From: Catajapyx aquilonaris
Taxonomy: Eukaryota
Length of the DNA stretch: 64,000 nucleotides
Direction: 5' to 3'
Assembly: GCA_000934665.2 (NCBI GenBank)
Contig: KZ538615.1
Coordinates: 1 to 64,000, forward strand
Position numbers and translations under genes: made by a program
In this document: piece by piece, positions 1 through 17,154 of the stretch
Layout: the number at the start of each line of letters is the position of its first letter
How positions within the stretch are numbered: position 1 is the first letter of the stretch
Notes under the pieces: model-generated
The model's input: the letters and a program-made list of their open reading frames with translations, nothing else
What the model was told of the DNA's origin: nothing
The model's database searches: none

Positions 1-597
1 ATAGCAACTGCCCATGCCTGGGAATAATTAACCACCTGGATCAGGGCACAAGCTACTCAAAAATAACTATTTCGAGGGATATTAACCCTTAACTATGTAG
101 GTGGGCGAAACACCTTTGACTTCATAGGTGGAGCCTGAGAGGCTCCAACGGTATATTTAAATTTCTGCTCATCAACTAAATTGATATATTGGACTTTTCA
201 CATACAGAAAGTGCAGTTCAGATCATTAGGCTTCCGAAAGCGTAAAAATCACACGCTGAGTCAGCATATTCCGACAGGGAAAAATTCTTAATTAACAGGT
301 TACATCATGTGTTTGAGCCGCTCAGGCTTCACCTGAGATATAGAGCCTGAGCGGTTCCAGGAGGGACCTGTTCCTCCTTACGAATTTTTTAAACCAAACA
401 ATAGGGACTAAAAATTTTTTTCTTCCCTTTCCATGCTTAGGAAGGTTTTTCTGACAAAGTCACGGAAGGACAGGGGAAAATAAAATTCAATGAAAAAGTT
501 ACATGCGTTTAAATAGTGCTTGGAGCCTCTCAGGCTCCACCTACGTAGTTAAGGGTTAACGACAACTACTCATGACCCTCTTACTTGGAATACCCTG
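1..597. mobile_element. Right part of a Tc1/mariner-type MITE (same family as 2052-2287), interrupted by a piggyBac MITE
   Basis: Ends ACTTGGAATACCCTG|TA. Bases 33-70 (cacctggatcagggcacaagctactcaaaaataact) resemble the internal right arm of the 2052-2287 element. The left end lies outside the window. Confidence 0.6.
86..555. mobile_element. piggyBac-family non-autonomous element (MITE), 470 bp
   Basis: TTAA duplications at 82-85 and 556-559. Termini CCCTTAACTATGTAGGTGG ... CCACCTACGTAGTTAAGGG. Subterminal inverted repeats AGGTGGAGCCTGAGAGGCTCCA at 126-147 and 521-542. Confidence 0.9.
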
Positions 598-1197
598 TAT
601 ACAAGTACAAGTTACATCAATTGCAGCTATTGGAGGAAAAGACTATTTCAGATTTTAAAAGTGACTGAGTTTCTACTAATGTACGTAGTTGAATATATCA
701 TCAATAGCTAAAATGATGTCATAATTATTCATCCTGCAAGGTTCCAGCAAGTTCACTGACAAACTGCTGCTGTTTCAGTTCCAACATGAATATACTCTAC
801 TGGTTGTCAAGATGTTCTTGTATGATATAATCATATTAAATCAGAAACTTCATTATTTTCCAATGAAGTAATATGAGCCATTTTGACCATGACAGTACCT
901 ATCAGTTTCAAGATGATAGCCACATGTACAGTGAAACCTGTATAGTGGAATGTCTCCATTCTGTGAAAATTATTAGAAATAAACAAGTTTCTGATACATT
1001 GAACAATTCTCAGCATGAAAAATTCTTTATGGTGCACTAACATTGTCTGAAATGGTGCCTCCAAGTCTGTGTGACTTTCGAACATTGAATCTGTGAGGCA
1101 TACTGTCACATTTTCAGCTGCCAGGAGATTTTCCCTGTTTGCTTTCATGCTGTTTACAGCCAAGTTTTAGAAAGCCTTTATTCACCAAGCAATGGTA

Positions 1198-1922
1198 CAA
1201 GGGTTGGATTTTAAATAGTGGCAACCCTGTTCCCCTTGCGCACGGAAACCGGGTTATGTCTTCTGCACAAGAAGGGAGATCCAGACAGACGTGGGGCTTG
1301 TTCGTGTCAAGTTTGGTCCTGATTGTGCTACTGGTGACGGTGACAGAGTATTTCAAAGGGGGCGCATCCTCATGCACCGCCCTAAGCCATGGCATCGAAG
1401 TTAGAACAGCTCTCTTGGAAGATGAAATATGGAGCACAGTTTTATGGATGGTGCCAACTTTGGCAGCAAGCTCGTTAAGGGTCCATTGCCTGTCCACGTG
1501 CAGCAGAGATGAGATCCACTTTGTCCTGCTCCACACTAGGATGGCCAGGGCGTTGCTCATCTGACACTCCCTCATGCCCTTTCCAGAACGCTTCCACCTA
1601 TCTGGCAAAAATCCGGTATGGTAAGGCAGCCTCTCCACGAGCTTCTACAAGTCCACGCCAGCATTCACGGGCATTGTCATGGCCCCTCACCACATTGACC
1701 TTCAACCAAGAGCACTGTTCTAACTTGCCATGCTTTAGGGTGGTGCTCGAGGATTGGGTCCCTTTGAACCACCCTGTCACAGTCACCAGTAGCACAATCG
1801 GGTCCAAACTTGACACGAGCAAGCCCCACGTCTGTCTGGATCGCCCTTCTTGCACAGAAGCCACAACCCCATTTTTGTGCTCAAGTGGAACATGGTTGCC
1901 ACTATTTAAAATCCAACCCTCG
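1198..1922. mobile_element. mariner-derived element with ~220-bp inverted arms and a degenerate transposase N-terminus
   Basis: TA|CAAGGGTTGGATTTTAAATAGTGGCAAC ... GTTGCCACTATTTAAAATCCAACCCTCG|TA. The minus strand encodes EQCSWLKV...ARECWRGLVEARGEAALPYR and DRQWTLNELAAKVGTIHKTVLHI, which resemble the two mariner HTH motifs, with stops and frameshifts. Confidence 0.85.
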
Positions 1923-2051
1923 TATGTACTCTGAATTATTCAACATTTCGATAGTAAAATTAATCTAGAAAAGGCAAACTAGCTTTTAGTCGGTCACTCC
2001 CACCCTTCTCAATCAGAATAAAAAGTTACAGTATTTCAGAATATGCATATA

Positions 2052-2287
2052 GAGGGTGTTCCAAGTTCATAGGTCCTTTTTAGTTATCACTTATATTGTC
2101 CAAAGTAGTTATTTTTGTGTAGCTAGTTGTGCCCCAATGCAGGTGCCTCATTACTTCCATGTGGCTGAATGTAGCAGTCTATAGAATATGGCACCTGGAT
2201 AGGGGCACAACAAGCTACAAAAAAAATACGACAGCTTTGAGTGACATTTCCTATAAATAAAAGGACTAATATACTTGGAACACCTTG
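2052..2287. mobile_element. Tc1/mariner-type MITE
   Basis: TA|GAGGGTGTTCCAAGT ... ACTTGGAACACCTTG|TA, with imperfect inverted arms continuing inward (tagctagttgtgcccc / ggggcacaacaagcta). Confidence 0.75.
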
Positions 2288-4520
2288 TATTGAGTAAATT
2301 CAGTTCAGTAAATTCGATATTTGAAACTCTTATTGTGAGATTACAAATAGCATTTTCATTAACTCAGGGTCACAATGAATTATTGTGCGGTAAATTCAGA
2401 TATAATGTTTGAATTACGAATAGTTGTGGATGAGATTGGTATTTTGTTTCATAATTTTCAGTGACTCTGAAAACAGCTGCAGTGTTTTTTTGTGCGTGAG
2501 AGGGTGGTGGAGCCGAGTATAAGGAATGTGGCCAAAACCACTGGGTTAAGCAAGATATACAACCATTTCTCAAACATCTTCAGCCACCTTGAAAAGTTGC
2601 AGTCTGACTTTAGTAAGAGTTATTTTTGAAAGTTCTTATCAAATGACTGTGAGATCAGTGTAATATATTGGTATGGTTCTATAAGGCTAATTCACAACTG
2701 GCAGAGCAAAGAAACTTACTGGGGCTTCTCTTATGACTCTCCTTCACTGTTTCGACAGTCACTTGCACCCGTTAGCAATACAAGCCGTGTTTGAAATCCT
2801 TCCGTACCATGCACTAATGATATGCTTTGGAGGTGGTTACTTGAATGCCACCTGGAAGAATGAACATATCAGCATGTTCCTTTCCCTTCTAAGATTTGAC
2901 AGTACATTTGTCCGTGTATTCCCAGCATTAGGTTTTCCTTCCTTAAGCAAAAACTTGAGTTAATCTCAGATTCTTTCCACATGCATCGATTGCGTACCGT
3001 TACAATTGCTTTCATAACCAGTTGAATTTGACACTATGGCACCCTCTGCATTCTAAGCCACTTTTACTCAATTTTATTTCATTCTCTCTGACCTCCAATC
3101 AACACAGAGCACCATAACTAAGCCACCCCATCCAAATGTCCTTACATAAAAGGTGCCCCCAATATAGGAACTTTGGTTGTAAGGGACTCAACTGGTGTCA
3201 TTAAGCAGTGTGCCTATTGAAGCTTTGGAGGCCAATTTTAAAGGAAGGGTTTGGTCATTTGGCAAGCAGGATTCAAGAATAAGAAATTGCCAATTCCAAG
3301 TATGCCAATTGTAAAAATTTGATGGCACATGTGCTAATGTTGTTAAATATAAGTTGTAATCTGTCTGGTGAGAAATGGTAGTCAGCAACAGAGCCGTGTC
3401 TTCTTCTGTGACAACTATGAGGCAATTAGGGCTCCCAGGAACTGGAGGACCCTAAAGGCCAATGAGTTTGGCTTATCCACTTCACAGGCATCTTTTTCTG
3501 TTGGCATTGCAAGCAGAAATTGCTGGCACAAACATTCAAAAAACTTGATTTTGATGTGAGATTTTATCCTCATGCTGCATTCAAAAATATTGATTGAGTA
3601 TTTTTTTCTAATTTTTGGAGCCAAACTTTTTGAACCCTTATCTTAAATCTCATGTACACATGCACAGTTATTTGGTTATCCTCTCTCTGCAGGAGTTGGA
3701 TAGTTCCTCTGGTTAATTGTAAATAGAGCACACCAAAGTAGACATCTGAAATAAAACCCGATGACACATGCCAAGTGCAACTTCTCCGCTGCATGGTTGT
3801 CACGAGGATTCACCTTGCCACTGGATGTGCGTGCTACCGTGCTTTATCCTGCTATCGGGTTGCTCATGCGCATGCCTGTATTGATGGGTAAGGTAACCTG
3901 CACCAGAGAAAGGAGAATTATCAGGCGCGTAATGGAAAAGGTCAATCCCCCTCTGCTGCTGTGTCCAGTGCCACTGGGACTACATTGTCCCAGACATCTA
4001 ATTTTAAAATTGTGAAAAATTGAGCACATCACATGTAAAAGTGTGATGCATAATAGTAGTCCAACACATTTTTGTGAAGTGTCTGTCCCTGATCTCCATG
4101 CGCCTTACATCTAGCAAGGGATGTCCAAGCCCTGATTTCTATGTGAATGCTTTTTAACACTAGGTGGCACACCTGTTACTTCCTCTGCCTCTGACCTGGG
4201 TTCCATGTCACTGAGACCAGCCTTTGAGCAATGTGTTTGGAAAGGCTCTCCACCAAAAACACCCTCCCTGCAGGTGACACCTGATGCGAATGCCTCTCCA
4301 GGCACTGACATTGTCTCTGCCCTCTCCCAGTGACAGCCTGTGACCTGAGTAGCAGTGTGTGAGAGGTGGCAGCACAGACAAGCCTCACCAGCCAGAAGGG
4401 ACTGGCCTCATCGCAGATATTGGTAGTACCTCTCTCTGGTATTGTCCTGGTGGGCGATGGTTGTTCCCTCGTGTCCTCCGGTTCCTTCGGGTCGGTCAGT
4501 CTGTCCGTCGCCGGCTGGGT

Positions 4521-4558
4521 CCTTCCTTCCTTCCTTCCTTCCTTCCTTCCTTCCTTCC
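4521..4558. repeat. (CCTT)n tetranucleotide microsatellite
   Basis: Directly visible tandem CCTT units. Confidence 0.95.
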
Positions 4559-4689
4559 TCCTGCTCTTCCTTGCCCGTCTCCAGCGCACGTCGGTCGTCG
4601 CTGGCTGCTGACAGTCGTCGTGTGGACACGACGACGAAGGGAACCTCTCGTGCTTGGTTCTTAGTTGGTTACACAAGCCAGGCAGCCAT

Positions 4690-4875
4690 CCAGAGCCACC
4701 GGGGGTTGGGGGGGGGAGGGACTGGGAGGGAGGGGAAGGCCCTCTGAGGAGGGGTGGGAGGGGGGACCTGCTGTGGAGGGGAGGGGTGGGGGGCAGCCGG
4801 CTTTCCAGGGTTCAGGGGATGGCCCACAGGTGGGGACACCGGACGGAGCATCGGGGAGGGGGAGGGAAGGGTGCA
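4690..4875. promoter_or_regulatory. G-tract-rich, CpG-containing promoter-like region with G-quadruplex potential
   Basis: Many GGG(G) runs on the plus strand, next to a CpG-rich block (4450-4650) and just downstream of the IR copy A AATAAA. Confidence 0.4.
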
Positions 4876-5138
4876 TTCCCATCCCTGCTCACTCCATGCC
4901 CCTTCTGGCGCCAAACTCTCAACATGGTATAAGCCAGAAAAACTGCATTTTAAGGAATAAGCTGTCACCCAAAAACTGATCCTCCCATGACATGTAGTAG
5001 ACATGTATGTAGTGTAGGTTCATGTATCTATTCTAAGTGCTCAAGTAACAATTATTAAATAGTGGCATACCAATATATTCCAAGCACAAAAGGATCGATT
5101 ACTCAACAACAGCAGAAAGAATAGTAACTAGTCCTCCC

Positions 5139-5144
5139 TTTATT
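5139..5144 (-). terminator. Candidate poly(A) signal AATAAA for IR copy A
   Basis: tttatt on the plus strand, ~440 nt downstream of the stop codon. Confidence 0.4.
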
Positions 5145-5582
5145 CATCCATTATACATCAGCTGTGTAGCTCAGATAATTCATAGTCAATTAATTAATTA
5201 ATTACATTAAAAATTAACAATTCTCTATAAACATCAGTCGTGCATCTCACTACACATGATAACACTTTACAGCTGCATGCCACCACATATTTCATGAAAG
5301 GAAAATCTGTAAGCAATATACAGTACTAACACTATACATTTTAAAAACGAGACGTGCCATTACCCGTTGCCTTTTTGTTGACTATGCAAAAAATGTAAAG
5401 GTGACTGTTACTATACAAGGTAGGCCTGTTACAGTTTGCCAATACTAATCATTTGCTACAAAGTGTAAGATGACTACAACCACTGTTGACGTTTGGGCTT
5501 AACCACCTATTTCGATGCAATAACTGCAGAGCGCATAAGCTCTTCTCTACTGATTTCAAGATCAATCCTTCCAGCTCCGTTA

Positions 5583-9359
<3,777 letters not shown>

Positions 9360-11659
9360 GATAATTGAGTCAAGTGCAAGGAAGGACAAGGCAGACTTCT
9401 CAAAATGCCTACAAGCTCCAATTGTCCACATCTGCATTGTGGGCTCTGTGATTTATAGTTCATCCAAAAATGGGAGAATATTTATTTATTTATTATTACG
9501 ATACCCCTTTCAAGGGCAGTACCCTTTTTGGGGGAAAAAATGGGAGAATATAAAGTTCAAATCTGATAAGGGTTTTGCATCATTCATGGAAACCATCATC
9601 TTGTCATAGACACAATGCCACGAACTTATTTACTAGAGCGCAAACATTGCTCAACTTTCCGAAATGTCAGAATGTCCGAAATGTCAGAATGTCTAAGAAG
9701 TGGCCCTTTTTCACTTATGCAGGCCACCCATTCTATGAGTAGGCTTGTTAGAGTTCGATTCCCTGCAGAGTCATTCCACGTCAAATGGGCCAGGGTTGTT
9801 GCTCTACCATCTAGTTAATTTATTATACTTTCACCACAGGTAGCCTTGATATTGACTTGCTCAAAACTATTTTTGTTAATTTTTTATCTGCTACCATGTT
9901 GGATTTACACTCATTTTTCTTCACCGCGGCGACCAAAAACGAACATTTGCAAGGGTTCTGAAAAAAGGCTACTGTTTGGTGTCTATTCAAGATAGGATGT
10001 TCTGGTTTTCACTTCCTGAAAGTAGAGGTCTTGGCCTTTCAGAATGCCTACATACAGGTAGGATAAAACTTTGGTAACTGGAACTTTAATGGTCTAACAT
10101 ATTGCCGCCGAAATGATAAAATTTGCCATAATCAAATGCCGGGAAAATCAAAAGGGCTTGAAACAACAGGATGAATATATTTTTTTTCAAGAACTCTGAC
10201 TGGGACCGGATCCAGCTGTTCTAAAATAAATTCGGGGTTGCAAGTCCGTTTTAGGTCAGAATGGTGAGTCATCTGACGTGTCCAAAACGACGGATGGAGA
10301 GGGAGAATCGGACAGTTACGAGTGCTGGAGATAAGAAGCAGTGCAGGTGTGCGCGCCTGTGCTGAAGATACGTGGACTGATAATAAGTTTAGAAGACACA
10401 TGTTTGTTTATGTGGGATTTAATGAACTTTGATATTGGGCATGGAAAGAGTGTACAGTATGATCAATACACTGAAGAGGTTGAACGAGATGAACTTAAAT
10501 ATTGCTTCTGCTGTATTAATTTCTTAACCCCGTTGTACTTTCCTAAACCTGAGCAAGTCCTAACCTATCTTAATTCACGCCATCCTGTGACATGTTGTGG
10601 TTTCAGAATATTGCTGTTACCAGTTTTGTAAATTCGGTAAATCTTTTTGATTCTACTGAATTTTTTTTACATACCGTCCGTCAGGAGCTATGTACATCAG
10701 GGAACTTCTGTACGTCTTATTGAACAACAGCTTTAGAGTGAATTTGCCCATAACACTCAGACATTTTCACTTGCTTAGTAGACACATAGTAACTAATTTC
10801 AAAAATGTAATCAACTCAATTATTATTGGCACCAAATCAGCAGTAATACTATTTCATTACAAGAATTTTTTAAATGAAATATTATGAGTGAAGTTTTGGT
10901 GCCAATAATTGAGGTGATTACATTTTTGAAATGGATAGTAATATAGCTCAGAGGAAAAGGGAGTTACTATGCCGGTGTCTATTTTAATAAAAATTGAATC
11001 TAGAAATTTTTATTTTTCCCTTTATTCACTCTTGTGACATTTTGTTAATAATACTCTGCTGTGCAATGACATGTTAGCTTCTTCTACTCCTAAAAGAACA
11101 TGCCAGTCCTACGTCTTGGTATTGACTTAGGTGATCATCATTCAAACCATCAGCCAATGACAAGCAAAATGTCACTGTCATCTACAACAAAAGTAGGAAC
11201 AAAATTCAATGGTGTATGATGTCTTGCAACAGATATACTTAGCTTAAATAAGTAATATGAATCAATTTTAGGACAACTGTCACCACCTCACATACAATAT
11301 TAATCATGCCAGTGTTACATAAGCACACACAATGTACTCTATTGGCCAAAAGATGGAGACACACTGGGTCATGGGTTTATAATTAATGTAAAAACCATTA
11401 GTATCTACTCCATTAAGTAATGTGTGGTGCAGTGTACACAAGATTATGAAGTCTGATACTGAATAATCATAATCGTGTTTCAGAGACGAAATTGAAATTC
11501 CAGTGACTCTCCTGGAGCATCTGGACCAGTTCATCTCCAGTTTTTGTCTCTCTGCTATAGTACAATACTTTTTGCTACCTCTTGAGACACTGACATAAAG
11601 ATTGTTTGGTCTTACAACACATAACCCAATGCTTCATACAGATCAATTCTTTGGAGAAC

Positions 11660-11665
11660 TTTTAT
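11660..11665 (-). terminator. Candidate poly(A) signal AATAAA for IR copy B
   Basis: tttatt on the plus strand, ~120 nt after the stop codon. Confidence 0.4.
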
Positions 11666-11782
11666 TAAAGCATATAAGGTTGCCTGAGGTCCCACATATT
11701 GGCCTCTTCCCCATAGGTAGGCCTATTGCAGTGTGCCAATGCTCATCATTTGCTACAAAGTGTAAGGTGACTACAACCACTG

Positions 11783-14163
11783 TTAATTTTTGTGTTTGAT
11801 CAACAAATTAGGTGCAATAACTGCAGGATGGTTAAGCTCTTCTCGACTGATATCAAGTTCAACTCTTCCAGCTCCATGATGTCTCTTTCCTTGCTTCTTG
11901 GATTGTCTGTCACACATTATCTCAATCATGAAGATGCATGTCCCAACCCCATATGCAAATATGATCAGCACATACAAAGCACCCTTAAACTGTACCAACT
12001 TTAGTGGAACTACTGGTGCCTTATGGCGCCCAGCCTTCCTAGCTTGTCTCACACCCTGAAGCATATGTGCATAGTAGAAGTTATCTGCATGGTGCTTCAC
12101 CACCCCTACAGCATCTAACCACATGGTGTAACGATGGATGGTGGATTTGTACACACAATGCCTTTCAAGCATAATGGAGAACAGTAGGACTATGGCATTC
12201 TCATCAGACAGATGCATTAGTGAGTTCACATCTGTGTCTACAAAGTTTAGTGAACCAGCTCGCAAGAAGGAATAGACAGCAACACACGCAAAGTTGCCTC
12301 CTTGTATAGTCTTCATCCAACAGACATGCATGCCTCCACTGACCCTTTGCACCTGAGCCTCTATTTTGTAGAGGTATTCAATCCCAGACCCCTCTATGAA
12401 TGAGTATAAGTAAGCAGCTTGATATTCTTCCATTCCCCATTCCCACTTTGGCTCCTGACTCCATGCCAGAATTTCTTGAAAGTCAGAAGGAAGTTCCTCG
12501 GTCACAGGTGATGCCATGAAGGATATGAGTTTGGTGTCGTATCCACATACGATCACTTTGGCAAAGGCAAAATAGAAGAGCAAAAAAGTACGCACATAGG
12601 TACTGCTTGGTGTAAATGTGGGGCTCTCGTCAACCAGTTCCATGAACACGTAACGCAGTGAGTAGCTGAAGAGGTTTTCATGACAGATCACAGGGTGAAA
12701 TGGGTTGCTGTGTAGTAGTAGTTCATGCCACCTGAAGAGAAAAATAGTAATTGACCATTAACTGTCACAATATATACCCAACAGCACCAATAGCACTGAT
12801 AGTTTAATAGATAAAACTTCTTACTTAAGTAAAAGCCAGAGTGACACTGTTGCAAGAGCTGCAGAAGCCAGTATGGCAGCCCACATGCTCCTAGTGAATG
12901 GCAGCAAAATAGCATCCCATGAATACGAAGGCTGTGGGACACGAGTCATGAAGCACATATGATCAAAGTGCGCTGGGTAAATGTACTCCACCACAGACAG
13001 ATTGGGTGGATTCCATGGAGCAGATGGGCTGTACTGTGTTGTCTCATTGACAATGGTGGCAATATTTCCTGTCCAACTACCATCTGGAAGCTGGGTGTCC
13101 ACTCGCACGCCATCAGCAACATTGACCAGGCCTGTCTCCCAGGTGAAGTTCATTGAGGTAGAGTATTCATCCAACATCATTTCCAGAGTGAACATTGGAA
13201 GCATGTTTTCACTCCTATGCCTCAGTTCTTCCATGGTCATGGGCCAGATAAACGAGCCTTTCAGGTGATATCCATGCAGGTTGGTGGTGTAGTCAGGGAA
13301 CAGGTTCACTGAAGGAGGCCACATGGTTGGTTTCTCCTGGGACATGTTGTAGGAAGCCACTTTTATTACAGTGGGATGGCCGGAATTGCAGTAGAAGCAC
13401 ACTGACTTGAGCTCCAGTGATTCAGGGGCTTCAGGAACTGAAATAACCATCTCTCAGTTAATGTTCAGGCCAAAAAATGAGAATGATGATCACTGTCAAA
13501 GCTCCAATGAGTTCACATGAAAACTGGTTTTGTTCCTGCTGCCCCATAAAAATGTGGGATATGTCATGAAAGCCACTACTGCATTATACAAGATGAAATA
13601 GAGATTATCCACCTCACCTGTTTCCCATGGAACAAGATTTGAGCCCTTGTTTGTGCCTTTCGAATGTGGCTTGTCTTTACTTGATTAAAAATGCATCACT
13701 ACATATTTGATCTATTCGAAGCCACAAAATAAAATACACGAGCAAATACTGCATGTTTGTGAAAAAATTTTAAATGCAAATATCCCAACTGATACTTACA
13801 AATTAACATACACATCCTTCCCCATTTTTAAGAGGTATTGATTAATTTTACTACTTCATCCAGTTGTAGTAAATAATAGTAAATAAAGAACTCTGAAACA
13901 GTTTGGAGGAGGGGATATGGTGTCCGACTGCTAATTGGGAGGTCCAGGGATCAAATCCCGGGGCCGGCAACTCTGACCGTGGTTTTCGTGGTTTCCCACG
14001 GTCCTCCCAGGAAAATTCCGGAGTTGCTTCCGTAATTAATAGGCCACAGCCACTTCATTCCGTCCCTATCCTATCCCAAAGAGCGCAGTAAAATGAAAAG
14101 CAAAGAATTCCAGGCAAAACAAACTTCCCCCCTAAAGAGCAGATGGCTGATAACGGGGTATGA

Positions 14164-14197
<34 letters not shown>

Positions 14198-15783
14198 GTA
14201 AATAAAGAACACGAGGTTGATCCTTGCCATTTATTGTCAGTGACAATATTCAGAACAATAAAATAACAAGATGAATCACTTCTCTGGATTTACAATCTAT
14301 CATGCAATCAGGCATCATTAATTTTCTTCCTATTCAACTGTCAGTACATCATAGGAATTATCATCACTTTTTATGACATGTTTAGTTTAGTTAGTTTTAT
14401 TGTGTACCACTATAGGCTATTGCCTTTTCATTTATGACATAATCTCGGGGAAGGCGTGGTGGCTGAGATGGTAACGTTCGATCCCCGCCTGGGAGTTCCG
14501 TTCTGACTGCATCAGTGGGTCTCCGGCCCGCGCCTAAGAAGGCGTCTTGGCAACCTAGCCTTCTGGGGGACTGCACTTGCACCTGTTTCCATTCCCCAAA
14601 AATCCCAATCCTTATCTGACTCCCTTACTTCCCTGCATGAATAATGAAGAAAAAAGTATACAAGATACTAGAAAACTGATGGTGGTATGCCACCCCCCTA
14701 TAGCGACTTACAGCTGTATCAAAGGGCAAAATAAAAATAATAAATTTAAAAAATAATCATCTGGCTTTGCTACCCAAGATTTACTTGTGATTGTGTGTGT
14801 TTTTGTAACAATAACTGAGCAATATGATATTCAAAAAAGAGGCCATCATACCATACTGTTATGAAAAGTAAAAGTAATTAAAATTATCATAGACCAAGTG
14901 CCTTCTGTGGCCATTTTCAATTTTAAAAAAAATCTTAATTCTTAATTTCAATTCACATTATCAATGTACAAAGGGCAGATACAATTAAAAACTGAGTTTC
15001 ATTTTTCATAAACAATTATTAGGAACAAAGTTCCAGTTAAAACTATCAGGTCACAATCAAAATCAAGCCTGAAAGATATCATTTCAGCACTCTAGCTGCA
15101 TTATTGAGAATGAAAAAAACACAAATTTGCAGCATAAAATAATTTTACAAATACACCAAGAGTAAACGGAGAAGTCACAGAAAGAGTGCAAAGTGCTTCT
15201 TTCCCTTCTCAATTACTAAAACCTGTGACACAATAATAGTAGGCTACTACTCACCCTGAGCTGCACCCAGCTTGTAAACAAAGTGATTGGGCAGCTTATG
15301 CATGAGTGCCTGCTCCACATTCCCATCACGAGACCAGAACAAGAAGTGGTCTCTGTCTGTGCGAAGCTTGATCATGCCTCCTACATACTCCATCAGGGTT
15401 GGAAAGTTTTCACTGAGAAACAAAAGGACAATGATGATACACGAAGAAGCATGTGTCTGTGCAGAAGAGCGATCCATCCAGGAAAACCAGTAGGTAATCC
15501 TGTTGTCTAGTGGTGGAGGAAGGGAACTCAGGCTGTCTTCCAGGAGCTTGAGAACCTGCCACTGGCGAGTGTCTGACAGCATGCCAGCTTGGAATGCCCT
15601 AGGGAGGGTGGGATAATCATGGGCAAGAACAAGAAGGCAGTGGGATGGAAAGAGGGCAACTGTGTCTCTGATCCAGGCCGCGGCAGTCTCTTCTGTCCTA
15701 CTTGTCTCCCCCTCATCAAAAATGAGCCTGGAGAGAACTGTAGTTGGGGTCACTATCGCTGCGAAAATCAGCAAAACTAGCAT
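11783..15783 (-). CDS. Divergent ionotropic receptor, copy B; exons 15783-15255, 13452-12825, 12731-11783; ~701 aa
   Basis: Paralogue of copy A with the same motifs and the same exon 1 and exon 2 lengths (529, 628 nt). The exon 2 acceptor is an atypical GAG. Confidence 0.8.
13915..14197 (+). mobile_element. tRNA-derived SINE with (ATT)n tail, in IR copy B intron 1
   Basis: B-box-like GGATCAAATCCC; body GGTTTTCGTGGTTTCCC...CCAGGAAAATTCCGG...GGCCACAGCC; (ATT)n tail at 14165-14197. Confidence 0.7.
14447..14747 (+). mobile_element. Probable tRNA-derived SINE
   Basis: TGGCTGAGATGG (A box) followed by GTTCGATCCCC (B box), a GC-rich body and an A-rich end. Confidence 0.5.
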
Positions 15784-17154
15784 GATAATTGAGTCAAGTG
15801 CAAGGAAGGACAAGGCAGACTTTCTCAAAATGCCTATGAGGTCCAATTGTCTACATCTGCATTGTGGGCCCTGTGATTTATAGTTCCGCATCAAAAAATA
15901 GGAGAATATAAAGTTCAAATCTGATAAGGGTTTTGCATCATTCATGGAAACCATCATCTTGTCATACACACAATGCCATGAACTTATTTACTAGCAAGCA
16001 AACATTGCTCAACTTTTCAAAAACGTCAGAATTTCCTTCTTCACTCAATGAAGCCCACGCATTCCATGAGTAGGCTTGTTAGAGTTCGATTTCCTGGTCT
16101 GAATACAGTTCAGATTCCCTCTCCCTCAACTGTGTTCAAATGCAGACTGAAAAAAACCAACCATTGTGTAGCCGTTTCATCTAACTGAGAATTACATGTA
16201 CTGTTAAGAAGAGTCAGTGGCGGATGGGGGGGGGGGGGGNAAGGGGGGGAAACTTGCAAAAACCCTCTAGAGCAGTGTAAAATTGCACTGTTCTACGGGT
16301 TCTTTTCCGTTTTGGGGTCGTGAGGAAGGGTAAGTAGTTATTTTTGCAAATTGATTCTATCTCTCTGGAAAATTTGCCGTAAACGAGATGTGTTAATTTA
16401 GCGATTATTGTAATTAACTACCACTGAGGGGGTCTCACGGTTGAATTGGAAGTGGTGGTCGCAAATTTTACGCATCTATTTTCTGGGTTCACCGCCAACT
16501 AAAAAAATTGGCAAGCATGGCTCTGAAATGATCAAAAACCCTCTAATGTTGACAACACTGTGCAATTGTTCACAAGTGAACTTGCAACGACAAAACTACA
16601 GACACCTAAGCAGAACTCCTTTCAAGTGCAATATGCAGATCTGAAATAGTTATCAACCTTCTTGTCCTGCAAAAAGCTTTCGTGCTAACCTTTCCATTGT
16701 GTATTGTCCGGGACAATGACAAGACGACGTGCATTCATTACGAAAACATCTGCAAACAGTATATTATTTGGACTGGTAGTCAAAACTGTAGTGCATCTTA
16801 GGGACTCTTTTGAAGAAATGCAAAGTAATGCTGAAGATGCTATATCTTTCTGGCACTAAAATAGCCCAGGGCTTACAATTTGTGCAGTTCTAAAAGCCAA
16901 ATGTGCAATAATTATGAATAAGGATTTGTCCAGTCAGAAAATAGCAGACAATTCTGTTACATCCGGATTCAACTGTACTTGTACTGTACACATTGCCACT
17001 GCTGGAAATATGAAGGGACCGATCTTTCTACTTGCTTATATCCGAGGTGCTTACAGTATAGGAGGATTCAACTGTACTTAGTCAGTTATTACATTCACCT
17101 AATTTTGTGTGAACTTGAATACATTAGGTTGTGTCAGAGACACAAGCCGCAGCT

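Noticed and set aside
4176..4747. Overlapping ORFs with EGRK/PSFL repeats
   Set aside because: Produced by the (CCTT)n repeat and GC richness; no recognisable domain.
10797..10930. ~38-bp inverted repeat
   Set aside because: AT-rich, probably the core of a decayed MITE; no ends or TSD could be defined.
15784..15969. N-terminal extensions of the IR exon 1 ORFs (also 9360-9437)
   Set aside because: The two copies differ by an indel upstream, so the frames are not conserved; the signal peptide starts at MLVLLIF.
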